Shown in pieces: positions 25,302 through 36,633 of a DNA stretch of 64,000 nucleotides. Where the stretch lies: positions 248,001 to 312,000 of the forward strand of contig JALMLS010000179.1 of assembly GCA_038496445.1 (NCBI GenBank). Direction: 5' to 3'. Source of the DNA: Trichosphaerium sp. ATCC 40318. Lineage: Eukaryota > Protista > Tubulinea. The notes beneath the pieces were generated by a model that saw only the letters and a list, made by a program, of their open reading frames with translations, was not told where the DNA came from and did not search any database. Position numbers and translations under genes: made by a program. The stretch's first letter is position 1. Each line of letters begins with the position of its first letter.

Positions 25302-25611
25302 CAACTTTTTAAATATTGCTAAGTTGTACCTGGTATCCCAACACCACTTATTACCGGACTACTAGAGTGGGTGTATCCTTACGCTATTAGATGAACAGTT
25401 ACGAGCACCACCGAAAGTATGACTGATACAAACAATAAAATATGTGATATAAATAGCGTTAAAATGTCGGCCAAGTTTGTTTATTTAACAACGACGAGTA
25501 ACAAATATTTAGCTCGTTCTCAAATGATGATTAAACTCTACGATCGTTTCTCCGAAATTCTTTTGTTGGCTGAGGTTACATCACGTGACATATTTACAGG
25601 GCGTCCCTACA

Positions 25612-26010
25612 TTATTGAAGATCTCCTCCATTTTCGTTACAGTCACTGTACTCTTTAATACAAGTATGTTCTTCCGCAGGGCCTAAGGTATGATGTGGCG
25701 TATATATTGAGCCACAGCCTAGTTGGCAATCTTTGAAATAGCGCAAACATTGTTTTCTCTCATCACCAGTATTTGCTTCGAAACACGCTTGGAAGCTGTG
25801 TCGGCATCTGACGAAACAGTTGGTTTCTAGGTCTCCGGATATCACCACATCGTTTTTTTGACCTGTCAGCGTGTTTATAGGCTTCTCTGTTTGGTCTAGG
25901 CTACAAGCTACAACGCACACGTTCTGCAACATTTTTCTTTGAGCACCAGCACTCCTAGAATCTAATATAGCCATACAGTCATCTACACAAGGAGTACTAG
26001 TTTCTTGACA
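25612..26010 (-). CDS. Cys-rich hypothetical protein (3' exon; 5' end unresolved)
   Basis: Open Cys-patterned frame (C-x3-C motifs) starting after a TAG acceptor. Confidence 0.35.
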   Translation of the reverse strand, partial: CQETSTPCVDDCMAILDSRSAGAQRKMLQNVCVVACSLDQTEKPINTLTGQKNDVVISGDLETNCFVRCRHSFQACFEANTGDERKQCLRYFKDCQLGCGSIYTPHHTLGPAEEHTCIKEYSDCNENGGDLQ

Positions 26011-28889
26011 CTACATAAAGAGAGTGCTAGCCCAAAATAGAAAATTGTTTTGTGGACTGCTTCCAGTATGTTATGAGTAATGTAGCACTATGTGGAAACT
26101 TTGCACAGACAAATTCTCCATTTCACCTACACAAAGCACCAGTTTTTTGGCCTGGACATACTCACCCGCCATATTATACCTATTCCGTTTGAACCTACCA
26201 TATAGGCTTGCATACACTTCTACAAGGCACATAATCTTGTGTGAGTTAATACTACACGACAAGTTGTTTAAGAAGGCCTGGTAAGACATGAAATTGTTGT
26301 TGGATCAAAGTGATGCCACTTCGAATATTTGGGACACGTGAACAAAAATGTTAGGTTGTAAAAGTTCATAGTTTTTTGACGAGTGTTAAAGCACAGCCCG
26401 ACTTTCTTGTTTTATACGCAGGTACGTTTCCTGGTTCTCTGGTATTACCGTAGTATTTATTTTGTTCGTAGCTGTTGGACCTGTCTCATTCAAGTTTTAC
26501 TAATACTGTCTAGAAAGTGAGTTTCTAGCACTTTTAGTTTTGGATCTAGCAAGATCTGAAACTTCTGTCAAATGGTGTAGATCTATCACAATGTGACTAT
26601 TTGTGTTACAATGTTGTCCTTCATAGTGTACCTTACGTTCCTTGTGATAACAAAATTTACAATGTCAGTTTCACTAGACCATGGAAGATGATCGCAATAT
26701 TTTATCTACGCAAACTGTACATAGTATGATCAAACCATAGGAGTATTCAATGAGATTAAAGTGAAGTAAAAGGTACAAAGCTATCGAAACACTGAATATA
26801 ATGAATAAAGAGAAGTGATGTTGACATTGGCGTTAATCACTAAGCTCATTTGTATGCTTTTTAAACTACTTGCACATGTGTTGACATTTTCTGTGCCTGT
26901 TAACGTATTTACTGACGCCTAAAAAGAACAATCACGCGACATGTGTGTTGTATCAACAAGTTTCCATGGCTTGGATTTGACCTGAAAAAGCGCTATTTAT
27001 TTTAACGATAAGTCTACTTTCTAAAAGACCACTCTCGATTTATAACGCACGTAAGTCTACTCTTATACTCATGTAAAGTACTCCAGCTCTCCTTCAATAG
27101 GGCCGACCAAAAACACTAACATTCACTGCACAGATATCACTTTAAAATCAAACACATGGTAAAAGAACCTACAGTTTAATTTACTACTTCGTTATGACAT
27201 AAGCAACAACTAGTTAATTTAGCTCTAAGTATTACAACACCAAACGGAGCAGTTGATGCTATGTGGGAGCGAACGAACCTTCTTCTATAGTAGTCCCTAA
27301 TACATTGTCACATACCACCTACAACTGTGCGCCTGTACCTACTACACCTACCACCTCGTCAGCACTCAACGCAAGAACTAACAGCTACCCTTCCAATGGC
27401 TCCAGTGGATCCTACACCTACAAATACGCAAACAATTATTGCGGAGTAAGCACAATTACTTACATAAGAGGCTTTTATACTGCATTCACGATGGCAGCCG
27501 TTTTGTAGTTACCGCTAGTATCTCTGAAGCTTTTCTTTATGGTAAAGAGGAAAACTCTGTAATGTAAACAATAAACAAATCCTTACATTGTTTTCAGAAT
27601 GAATATGAGGCCACGTCACAAACAAGAAAGTTGATAAAAACCTGCAGCATGCTATCTAACCATTACGAATTCTCGCCAGAGCTAAAGGTCATGGACAGAA
27701 ATGTGTTCCGTTCTTCCAAATGATCGTATCGCTATCCAAAGATTAGTTGAAATAGGATCTGGGAGGAAACATAAATCTGCATCGAACTATTAATAACATA
27801 AGAAAAACTGTTCATTCCCTGTATTTATTTTGAACTACTATGCTTGGTTCAATATCGTACACCAACAAATAAGAACTAAAACGATTCTCGCAAAGAATTT
27901 ACAATTCTGTCAGTCTAGCGTCTTACGTGAGTGTAAAACTATTCGGTTAGACAAACCAACCTATTCGAATGCAATCAATAGCTCTTTTTATAGCGTCCTG
28001 TTGAATCCCGCATGCCCTTTCAAACCCTTTTGTGCGCGTGTTTACGAACTTGATAAAGTAGACGTTCGTTCGCTAGCATTGAAACGTTCATTCCACAAAT
28101 AATTGTTGGGTGATTCTTGGCGGTGTGGGTTTTTTTGTTGTGCCAACTCGAACGTGCACTATATTTCTACACACTATAAATGCAGGATACACTCGCGGGA
28201 TTTGGTATTTTGTAAAAGAACAATTTGGAGAAAACTGTAAAATATCGGAGGTGCACTCCTTGTGTAATATTCATGGTGATGCCGTATTGAACCTCTATGA
28301 GAATGAAGCTTTGCCAAAGTTCTCGCAACGTCCTGACAAGTACAGAATATTTGTAAAGCGATATTGTGCACCGGTGTAAAACCCATAAAAAACTTGTTAT
28401 CTGTGTTCGGTTAGTAGCGTAGCTAGCGCTACACACGTGATACGCTGATAAACTTTAAACCTATAGAAAGCGGTGCCTACACAACCAACAAAACTATTCT
28501 GTGGTTTTTTATTTTGATGTTTTGTAAGAATTTGGAACAAAAAGCAGCTAATATCGCGAAAGCAGCATACAGTTAAAGAATAGAAATGAATAAAGCGAAT
28601 CGCTATGCGATGGGTAGCAGTATTTTTGGTTTGGGTGAATAAAAGGTATTGGAGAAAAACAATAGTAAAGCGTTTGTAGAGTGTTTGGGTGTTGTTTTAT
28701 TGAAAAAGCTCACAATTGTGGAACGAAAAGCAAACCAATTTTCGGCTTTTAAAGACAAAACCACAAGAGTAATACACAGGTCGCACCTCATCTGATATTA
28801 CATCTATCAGTACGTAATGGTTATTTTACATCGATTTCTTTTTTTTTGTGTATCACGTGACTTTTTGGGGTTCTCACTCCCCTTTAGAC

Positions 28890-31800
28890 ATGTGGAATAC
28901 GCTTTTCGTGGGCCTATTCTTGGTTACCATCGCCGTCTACGTTGATGCTGCTTCGAGCCCTGGGCCGTTCGTAGCAAGTTGCAATGCCTCTACGTCAGCG
29001 TGGGGTTGCGTAGAGTGGAACAAACGCAGAAGCGGAGAAGTACTTCGTCTTCAATGTAAAGATACTCCAGAACCACACATGTCATGGGCTTCTAAAGTTG
29101 TCTTCAGCGACAAATACATCACGTGGGCTGGTAAAGAAGACAATAAACTCTCAGAATACGTTCCTGGTGCTGTAATGGACATTAATATTCGCGTTGTTGA
29201 CTACGAAGAGAAGTATCGCGGTATTCTCATCTATGCTTTATCCGAACAAGGTCAAAGAGTTGGAGAATGGCTTATACCTGAAGAAACTACACGTAGGTTG
29301 ACGTTACTTTCTTTTTTTGTTGTTTTTGGTAGCTTTTGTGAATCAAAAACGTTTTTGTTTAGTTTCAGAATTCTTACTTTTTTTTTGTTTAGCTTTCTTT
29401 CAATTGCCTTGGCCTGATTCGCACAGTTGTGGACAAAGTTTGATGCACAACGACGCAAGTCTAAAGCCTTTAAAGTCTACTTGGAAGTGGAAGGCTCCAC
29501 CTGCCGGCACTGGTAAAGTCACTTTCGAGTGTTTGATAAAACAAGGTCCTGCCAACCACGGCGCTTTTTATTGGCCAAACAAGAACGGACATTTGCAACT
29601 TTCTGAATCCAGTAGCACAAAACCAACACAAACATGGTTCACTTCCGAAGTACGTTTTTAGTCACGTGATTTAGATCGCTTTGGTTTTTTTTTTTACAAC
29701 TGTTTTTCTCATCTTGCTGTTGATGTCGTGTTTCTAACATTTCTGCTAGTTGGATCAATCATGTACTGAACGCTGTGCCCAAGAATCTCTTCTTTGCGAT
29801 AAAGTACTAATGGAAAGCATTGATAGTGGTGATGCTATTGATCAAACTTTCCTTCCTCAATCCATTCCTTGTACGCTTCCATATGTTGGTGGATGTACTG
29901 CTCTCGGCACATCTATGGGTGTTGATGGCCTCTGCTACTACGATGAACCACTTTGTGAAGATGAAGGACGTAACACAGACCGTGTTACATGTGAATCTAA
30001 AGACGGAAACGCAGCAAATGGGTAAGTGTAGATCCAGTTTTTTAGTTTCCAAAAGCACAGCGAAATACTCACCCTCTACTTAGCATGCGCATTTGTAAAT
30101 GTGCCCGTACTACACTCCCTCCATCCACAGTCAGCCAGAGAGGAGCACAACAGAGTCCTGCATCTAAATCGACATTGTCATCCCTCCTCGTTGTATTAGC
30201 ACTTATTGGTCTCACAACACACTCAAGTGGAAAAACAACAACTTCAATTGTTCTTTCCCTTTTCCTCATCGCATTGGTCACCTTACCAACTGGTACACAT
30301 GCTCACAACTGGGTCTACTCAGGCGCCAGAGCAAAGAACAGAGCGACAACACAAAGACCTTGTCCTCCACGAGTTAGTCCTGCTCCTCACGTTCAAGTTG
30401 GACCAAACCAAAAATTCGAGATTGAATGGTCTTCTGGACACAGAGGAGTATCGTATTGGGTTATCCTCAAAGGCGAAGATGAACACAGACTAAGGGAGAT
30501 ATCTAGAACAAAACTCCGTGAATACTTTGAAGAAGCACCACCAGAAGCACGCAAGAGCCTTCCTTCATACCACAGACATTTTGTATCCGGTACAAAGGAA
30601 TTCGACCCTAACCAATTCAAACGAGAAATCCCAGAAACATCTCCAGATTTCTTACCAAGACCTGATCATTTTGGTTCTTGGCCAGCAAACGCTCAATTGT
30701 TCGAGTACAAGGACAGTATTACAAAGGATAACTACGCCGAGTATGTCAATCCAAAGATGCCTTACGTAGAAGCTATGTACAAATCAACACACCACGCGAA
30801 CAGAGCTGGAGATGGTGACATGGTGCAATTGACAATACCTGGTCGCGGTGGCCTAGGATCTTATGTTATTCAATGGTGGTGGTCTGGATACCGTGATTGT
30901 GTTGATGTTGATTATCAACCAAATCAAGTCGATAAGATTTACGGTGAAAGAGATACTGGAAGTGGATTTGTGTACGTCTCTTTTATTTTTTTTTTTCTGT
31001 TTATTTTCTTTTCTGGTGGTGACTTATTTTACCGTTTAGTCGTATTGATCATTGCTACTTTCCAAACAGACGATCCACGGGCAGTACGTCTTTTTACTCG
31101 TTTTTTTTTTTCTTCAACAAAATTTGTTGAACAAGTCGCCTAAATACATACTGTGTAGATTGCCAAAGGGTTTTCAACAATCTTGGACCGTGCAAGTGTG
31201 GAAATTGCTTCGGATTCGCAGTTATGCCAAGAATACTTCCTGACAATCCATACAATGATAAAGCGAACCTCATTCCTTCAAACTGTGACTCACAAGTAAA
31301 ACTAAGCGACCTTACTAACGCCGGAGAAGACCCTAAAGACGTCAATATCTGCTTCTCAGTCACCCCTAGAGGTGGAAGCGATACATTGGCTGGTTACGAA
31401 GTTGTAAACGAAGGTGATCCTGCATACCACTCCACTTGTTACATCAAATCGAATGGACGTAAATTCGCAAATATCGTGCTTCCTAAGCTACACCAAGACA
31501 TTCCTTGGCGACACGGCGAAAGATGCATCTCATGTCATGCTGCAAATTACAACAAGAATACATCACGTATACCAAGATGGCCGCTTACAGACAAATGCAG
31601 AAACTGTGACTTGGAACCTGTTACAACTCCTACTTGGGACCCTCCAAGACTTATTTTAGTAAAGACGGATACAGCATGCGACGGTATGGGTAACTATTGG
31701 CGTGGAAGAACCAAACGCCACACATGCAAAAATGGAGAAGAGAAGGACTGCTTCAAGCAATTGTTTATCAGAGGTCGCGTTCCAGACTTCAACCAAAAGA

Positions 31801-32000
31801 ATTTCCATCCAACAGAGTGCGCTGCAGTCGCTGCAATGGATCCTGACTGCTCAGATACTGTTATCACTACAAAGCAACGATCCCTAGTCACGTGTAGGTG
31901 TCAAACCAAGATAGCCTGTTGCAACCAGTGCAAACAGATTGACGCAGGATTCAGGAATAAACTGTACACACTTCACCGTGGTACACCAGAGCTGAAGTAA
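28890..32000 (+). CDS. Secreted multidomain protein: Reeler + Cys-rich + TM/GPI-like segment + internal signal peptide + LPMO-like His-brace domain + Cys-rich tail
   Basis: Signal peptide; Reeler motifs YVPG, YRGILIYA..RVGEW and MH..K..WKAPPAGTGKVTF. Five GT-AG introns (including 30022-30083) join all ORFs in frame. THA|HNW, W..GHRG and YVIQWWWSGYRDCVDV follow. Confidence 0.8.
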
Positions 32001-32300
32001 AGCAACTTGTTATAGCCCAATAAACATACACAATCATCATTTCGTTAGCATAATACAGCCTCCGTTACTTTGTCAGTACTAAACTTAAACACCTCGAGTA
32101 TTTAAGGAAATATCAACCTTTGCAGCGCCTTCATTAGATAACAGTACCCGAAAATTAAATGGTGGAGTGTCTGGGTATTATGTTGTCACTTGTAGTACAC
32201 CATAGTTTTCAACTGGAGCGACTTTCTTGCTTCAAGTAACAGTCCATCCAAAAGACTTTATTTTTTCTAGTGTACATTTTTGTATTGTTATATTTCCTTT

Positions 32301-33415
32301 CTAATCGTCGTCTTTTGTACCGAATACAGCCAAATAAACCTGAACTTGCGACCTATACCTTTTTCCACTTGGATTGTACCAATAACTATCAGAACGTGGT
32401 GATCGTAGATTAGCTATTTTGTAAAAAAAGCAATTATTAGATAAAGTATTTTATGGTCCATTATTATTGCAACGTACTTGCCTCTCTTGTAATTACTTCT
32501 ATTGTCCATCCTTCTGGTAGATTATAATAAGCACCTTTATGCTTTATACTAGTACAAGGCTTCCTCACTAACGATTTAAAAAGTTAGTCTTGTGAAAAAA
32601 ACATTCCGGTTTTTTTCTTCAAAAAAGCTATTGTCTCCTGTAATACCTCCTTCTTTCCTTGGTCTCTTTCTAGCTCCCGCTTTTTTCGCAGGTGTCTTCT
32701 TCTTTACAGGTGTCTTCCTTTTCTTCACAGGTGTCTTCTTCTTTGTGCTATCTTCGAAATTAAAAACCCTGTCAGACGAATCTTGCGAATCTGACTTTCT
32801 CTTTCTCTTCCTGCTATTCACCCTCGGCTGTGGGCTTGCTGTTGGTGAAGGAAACGAGCTGTCATCCTAAATCGGTTCGATATAAAGAGTGACACGTTAC
32901 TTGATTGGTGTGGCTTGTGAACGTACGTCAGAGCTGGAAAGAGAAGAATCACTGATGTCAATCAGCTCTGGTTGGTTGGTGTTGTCTGTTACTGGCTCTG
33001 CGTCATGGTGTGTTTGCAAAACGTGAGCTGGTAAACATTGCGTTTGTTGCGGTTGAATGTTATCAATAATGGTGGTAGGTGCGTTCGGGGGCGCTAGTAG
33101 TATATCAGTTGTGCGCTAACACGTTTTACCGCTGGAACAACTCAGTTACTATGCATGCCTTGCTCTACTCCATTTGGGGTCGCTGTTGCTGGTGCTCCTT
33201 CAACAGGAGGTTGGTTTTGTACAAGCGTAGTAAGTTTTGCCAATAAGGCACTGATTTGTGGCGCTACGCGTAATCGAGGATCTAGCGTAAAATATCAACG
33301 AAATAGCGTTGTTTGTAAAAAAAACGTTAAAATCACCTCCTGCCTGGATGGGTATGTGGATACATGCATAGCCACAATTAGGACATTGTACAAGTGGCAC
33401 AGGCAACTGCGACAT
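32301..33415 (-). CDS. Methyl-CpG-binding domain (MBD) protein
   Basis: Spliced C-terminus LPEGWTIEVITREATNLRSPRSDSYWYNPSGKRYRSQVQV matches the MBD consensus. Lys/Arg-rich NLS-like region upstream. Confidence 0.75.
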
Positions 33416-33489
33416 TCAGGTGTCAAATTAAAACGACTTAACGGATCGTTACTTCCAAAAAAAAAACGAGTTTATTCCTCTTTTTCTTT

Positions 33490-34617
33490 TTATGCAAAAT
33501 CATGAGTCCAAAGTATTGGATCACGTGTTTCTATTTCTACAACAGATTCTACCATTTGATTTGAGGATGATATCATACCACCAAATCCCAGAGTCGCATT
33601 GTCTGGACAAAGGTGTCATTTTTTATGTTTTAGAAATACAGGTAAAAAAAAAACACAAACTTATCATTGTACACATACCTAGGTTCCATTTTAATCCTTT
33701 TGTTGTTACTGATTTACAAGGATTACCAAGTGGTATTAAACCAACTTTGCGAGCTATTTGTTCTTCGTTGTGTATACGGTGCTTACCTTTGTTTTTCAAG
33801 TGTCAGAAAAATTTCACAGAAATAAAATGTTTGGTTTTGTTATGGCGAACCTGGTGCTAATAGAAATATAACGTTATCGTCATCAACGATGTATATATGC
33901 TTCTTCATATGTGTATACATAATATTAAAATTTGACCTAACCACAACGAGTAAAAATCAATGTACTTCAACTTAGTTAAATTTTGTTTTTGTTGATTTTT
34001 CACTTACCATTCTTGTGATCTGTTGCCTCCAAGGCATCCAATAATGCAAACAGGGTCTTCATTATCATCCAGAGTCTGCATCACTTTATCTAGATCAGTT
34101 GTATCTTGATTCTTGTCCTTTATAATGTTGACTCCCTCTTTTGAGTAAAACTCGTATACTGTATCTTGTATGGAGTCTAAATCGCCCTTGATGATATCAG
34201 GAAGATACCTGGAGACCTTTGTTATAAACAGTTGTTAACTGACATTTTAAGCGTACTTTGCGCGTGTTTCGCGTGTTTCAAAGCGATTGTACAAGTGATT
34301 AGCTCCTCCGTCTGCACAAATGCGTGTTCGCGCTACAAAGCTGTTTACCAACGTGAGTTTCAACGCTAGTGTGCATTCTGTTGCACTAAAGGCGCGTACC
34401 TGAGCTCCAAAGGCGATTAAAATGTTGTGGGAGTTTGCCGTTTGTAATAACTAAGTTATACGCATGAGGGCTCTTAACATCAGCTGCACGCTTCACTGGA
34501 TAGAAGAAGTTTGCTCGCCAATCACCTAAAAACGTCAGATGACATTTGTAGAAGTTATTTACGGGTAGTTGTCTTTGTAGTACTCGTAGCAGCAGCTCTT
34601 AGAACCCGTGAGCGCAT
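33490..34617 (-). CDS. TPK1: Thiamine pyrophosphokinase
   Basis: [53 protein letters not shown]. Confidence 0.92.
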
Positions 34618-34696
34618 GGTACGTGTTGTAACTCAGTGACTTTGATTGCTAAGCTTGCTTAAGCACGTTGTGATTTATTAGCGGTCAGTGGGCGTG

Positions 34697-36447
34697 ATGC
34701 ATTGCGTAGATGTTACGATTTGGTATTCTACGTTCAAACAAAAGACAAGTGACTATAAACCATACTGTAGCTCGATACTACTCCAAGTACGTCCCCGTAG
34801 CACAGAGGCACTGTTTTACGGCGTGACAGGAAAAAAGCAACTAAAAAGAAGAAATTCGCACCAAGAAAGCCAAAGAGACCTAGAAAGAAGAAAGGAGAGG
34901 AAAGTACGTCAGTTGGCATTGAGCAAGGCTAATATAACAACAGATGAGGAAAATGACAAGCCACATACTCCTGTTTTGCTAAACGAATCCGTATCGTTAC
35001 TTCAACCGCGTAATGGAGGCGTATACGTCGATTGCACGTTCGGAGCAGGTGGTCACACCAAAGCCATCCTAGGTACGTTTTCATCTTCATTTACGTCATA
35101 TTTACGAAGTGATAAGATAGTTGCGAGGGCAGCGAGGTCATTGCAATTGATAGAGATGAAGAGGCATTCCGTATAAGTGAACCTCTTATTAACGAGTATG
35201 GTGAACGTTTATTACCAGTGAGAGGTCAATTTGGTAATCTAAAGGCGCTTCTTAATGAACGATGGTTAGTGACAAAGTAAGTTATCTAGTTTAACAACCC
35301 TTTTTAGTATTGATAAAGTTGATGGTGTACTAATGGATATTGGTGTTTCATCTGTGCAATTAGACACTCCAGAGAGAGGTTAGTTATCATCAATGCATTT
35401 TATTCCAAAACAACCTTGTCACGTGATATGTTTTGGATGCAACTATTTTTGGCTTCTTGTTCGTTTTTGTTACCTTCGTTCACGTGATACTTGGTGGTTT
35501 GTTGTTTATTGTAAGTTAGGATTTTCTTTTAGAAAAGATAGTATACTAGATATGCGTATGGGTCAAGGTGAGCATGCTAAAACAGCTCTAGAAGTAGTCA
35601 ATACAGCAACTCGTGAGGAACTTGCAGATATAATTTATAACGTACACTTTTTGGCTCGTTGCAATAGACTTGTTGTTAAACCTTTGTTACCAGTACTCAG
35701 AGGAAAGATTCTATAAGGTTATTACAAACAGAATAGTACAAGCAAGAAAATCAGGTACTCCTCGGACTACTTAGAAGCTTTCAATGAATACTTACTTGTC
35801 TCATTGCAGGTTCCATTATTTCTACCAAACAACTAGCAGGTGACATTGCTACTCTATACTTACGATAACTAACAGTATCTGTTAGACATTATATACAAAG
35901 CAAAGAGATCTGTACATGGCCAAAAGATCCATCCAGCTACATTAACTTTTCAAGCGCTTCGTATTCATGTTAATGATGAAGTACTTCTTTAAACAATATC
36001 TCTCCGACTTTGTTTGTTAAGTTTGTAAATAGATGGGAGAGTTATGTAGGGGTTTATTAGCAGCAGAGCAGGTACTTAAACCTGGTGGTCGCCTTGCAGT
36101 TATAACGTTTCATTCGCTTGAAACAAGAATAATAAAGAGTTTTATACAAAGATGCTACAATCCAACACCTAAAGCAGACCAAGGTACATCTTAACTCTAT
36201 TGCTTGCTCTCTTTAGATTGCACCATGCAGTTACTAATAATTGATACCAGTCGCTGCTGGTTCTACAGCTACGGATGCACCATCGTTTGCACTCATAACT
36301 ACCACTGCTGTCAAACCTACTGAAGAGGAAATAGAACGAAATATCAGATCACGGTCTTCTCAATTACGTGTTTTAGAGCGTACTGGAAACCCTGCTATAC
36401 AGCCACAATGGAATCCGCACACACATGCATTCGCTGATGAGTATTAG
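34697..36447 (+). CDS. METTL15: rRNA N4-cytosine methyltransferase RsmH/METTL15 (probably mitochondrial)
   Basis: [64 protein letters not shown]. Confidence 0.92.
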
Positions 36448-36498
36448 AACAGCACGATTATGTTTAATAAAAATGGTGGTAAAAGGAGATAAACACGC

Positions 36499-36633
36499 TA
36501 GTCCTGCCTTCAAATACAAGGCGTAAAAGACAGGAAACTACACCCTGCAATAAATCAGCATGGTTACATACATTCCCTAAAAACAACTACAGTCCTGCCG
36601 TCTTAATAAGGCGTAAATGCCAGGCCAACTGTA
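36499..36633. repeat. Two diverged direct copies (90-bp period) of a stem-loop motif
   Basis: AGTCCTGCC..AAGGCGTAAA..CAGG..AACT at 36499-36540 and 36588-36633. Confidence 0.65.

Noticed and set aside
27263-28436. Cluster of short ORFs
   Set aside because: No recognisable motifs or consistent gene model could be supported.
30085-31143. Independent gene starting MRICKC
   Set aside because: A canonical GTAAGT..TAG intron joins it in frame to the upstream exon, and RICKC completes that Cys-rich domain.
32592-32870. Antisense or shadow ORFs (also 1332-1565, 6253-6498, 17009-17326, 55245-55736 and others)
   Set aside because: They mirror real genes on the opposite strand or frame and have no motifs of their own.
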